Assembly (NCBI GenBank): GCA_013265495.1
Contig: MU057711.1
Coordinates: forward strand, 1,736,001-1,800,000
DNA length: 64,000 nucleotides
Direction: 5' to 3'
From: Vicugna vicugna
Lineage: Eukaryota
Shown: one piece after another, positions 63,126 to 64,000 of the stretch
How positions within the stretch are numbered: position 1 is the first letter of the stretch
How the letters are laid out: each line of letters starts with the position of its first letter
Notes under the pieces: model-generated
Seen by the model: the letters and a program-made list of their open reading frames with translations, nothing else
Database searches by the model: none
What the model was told of the DNA's origin: nothing
Position numbers and translations under genes: made by a program

Positions 63126-63697
63126 AAATCCACCTATGTTGATGAAAATGTGTATTAGTGCCATTTTGAATTTCAAAGTCACTGGAATAAATGCCACCAT
63201 AGGACCGATGGCCATCACTAATCATCAGTCTTATCGCATAACTTTCTCAGTGGTCCACACTCCCAATCTACATCTATATGTGAATGCCTTGCCAACATTA
63301 CAATTGATTGTATATATGGAAATCCTCTGAAGATGAGATTCTCTTAGTGCTCAACACTAAGCTCTGACTTCCTCTCTCCACCCCTGGCTGGCTGGTAGGC
63401 AAACAGAAGGCAAGGCCAGCCAAAAAGGACCACAATGCGACCTCAGGGGCCATTCCTGGGCTACAGTCCCAGGCAACAGCATAGGGGTGGGTCCCCCTAG
63501 GGCCTTACTGACCTCACAGCAACCAGCGACCAAGTCTTTGGAACATTTTGGCCAACTTCAGGGGGTCAGTCTTCTCATTTCCTGTATGTTGCCACCCTCG
63601 GATGAAAGAAGAGTCAGGCCAGGAATGCTGTCAGGGCACTGACATGTGAGTTCTTCAGATACAGCTGCCATTTGGCATTAGAAAAATATCTTGTGGT

Positions 63698-63826
63698 AGG
63701 GGAGGGTACAGCTCAGCGGGAGAGCGCATGCCTAGCACGCATGAGGTTCTGGGTTCAATCCCCAGTACCTCCTCCAAGAATACAAAAATAAATAAGCCTG
63801 ATTACCTCCCCATCACACACTCATAA
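63698..63826 (+). mobile_element. tRNA-Ala-derived camelid SINE (Vic-1 type) with TSD
   Basis: ggggagggtacagctcagcgggagagcgcatgcctagcacgcatgagg, B box GGTTCAATCCC (63752-63762), and tail aaataaataagcctgattacctccc. TSD AATATCTTGTGGT at 63685-63697 and 63830-63842. Confidence 0.9.
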
Positions 63827-64000
63827 AAGAATATCTTGTGGTTAGCAAATTACATAAATCAGGGGGAAAAGTCACAATGGCAGCACCATTTCTGTTCTGT
63901 ATGGAATGTCAGTGGGCCAAAATTATTTGCAAATACATTTAGGCGCAGAAACATTAAACCTAACAATTGTGTTCTAATGACAAAATTGTCTTTACAAATG

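Noticed and set aside
63700..63772. tRNA-Ala(AGC) gene
   Set aside because: It has stem mismatches, an A-rich SINE tail and a TSD, so it is a tRNA-derived SINE.

Overview
Mammalian genomic DNA, most likely camelid, judged from a tRNA-Ala-derived Vic-1-type SINE and cetartiodactyl-type L1 3' ends, with no Alu, B1/B2, Bov-tA or PRE-1 seen. The window lies inside ZNF423 (OAZ/Zfp423/Roaz) on the minus strand. Two coding exons are present: 9353-9484 (132 bp) and 7594-7709 (116 bp). They splice in frame to give the C-terminal C2H2 fingers (about ZF28-30, the EBF-interacting region). The last exon lies left of the window and the preceding exon lies right of it, so 9485-64000 appears to be one long intron. 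That intron holds old repeats (MIR, L2, L3, L1M, MLT1, LTR16/33-like, MER2B/3/5/63/102), a few younger L1/SINE insertions with target-site duplications, and many repeat-free, motif-dense islands that resemble developmental enhancers. Apart from two ORFs overlapping the exons in frame and two overlapping L1 remnants, the ORF track is noise. I found no new protein-coding system. The best leads are a perfect RFX X-box, candidate ZNF423/EBF autoregulatory sites, a competing splice acceptor that could remove the EBF-binding fingers, and a short L1 with a possible 3' transduction. Repeat families were recognised by eye and their boundaries are approximate. Conservation of the islands is inferred, not measured.
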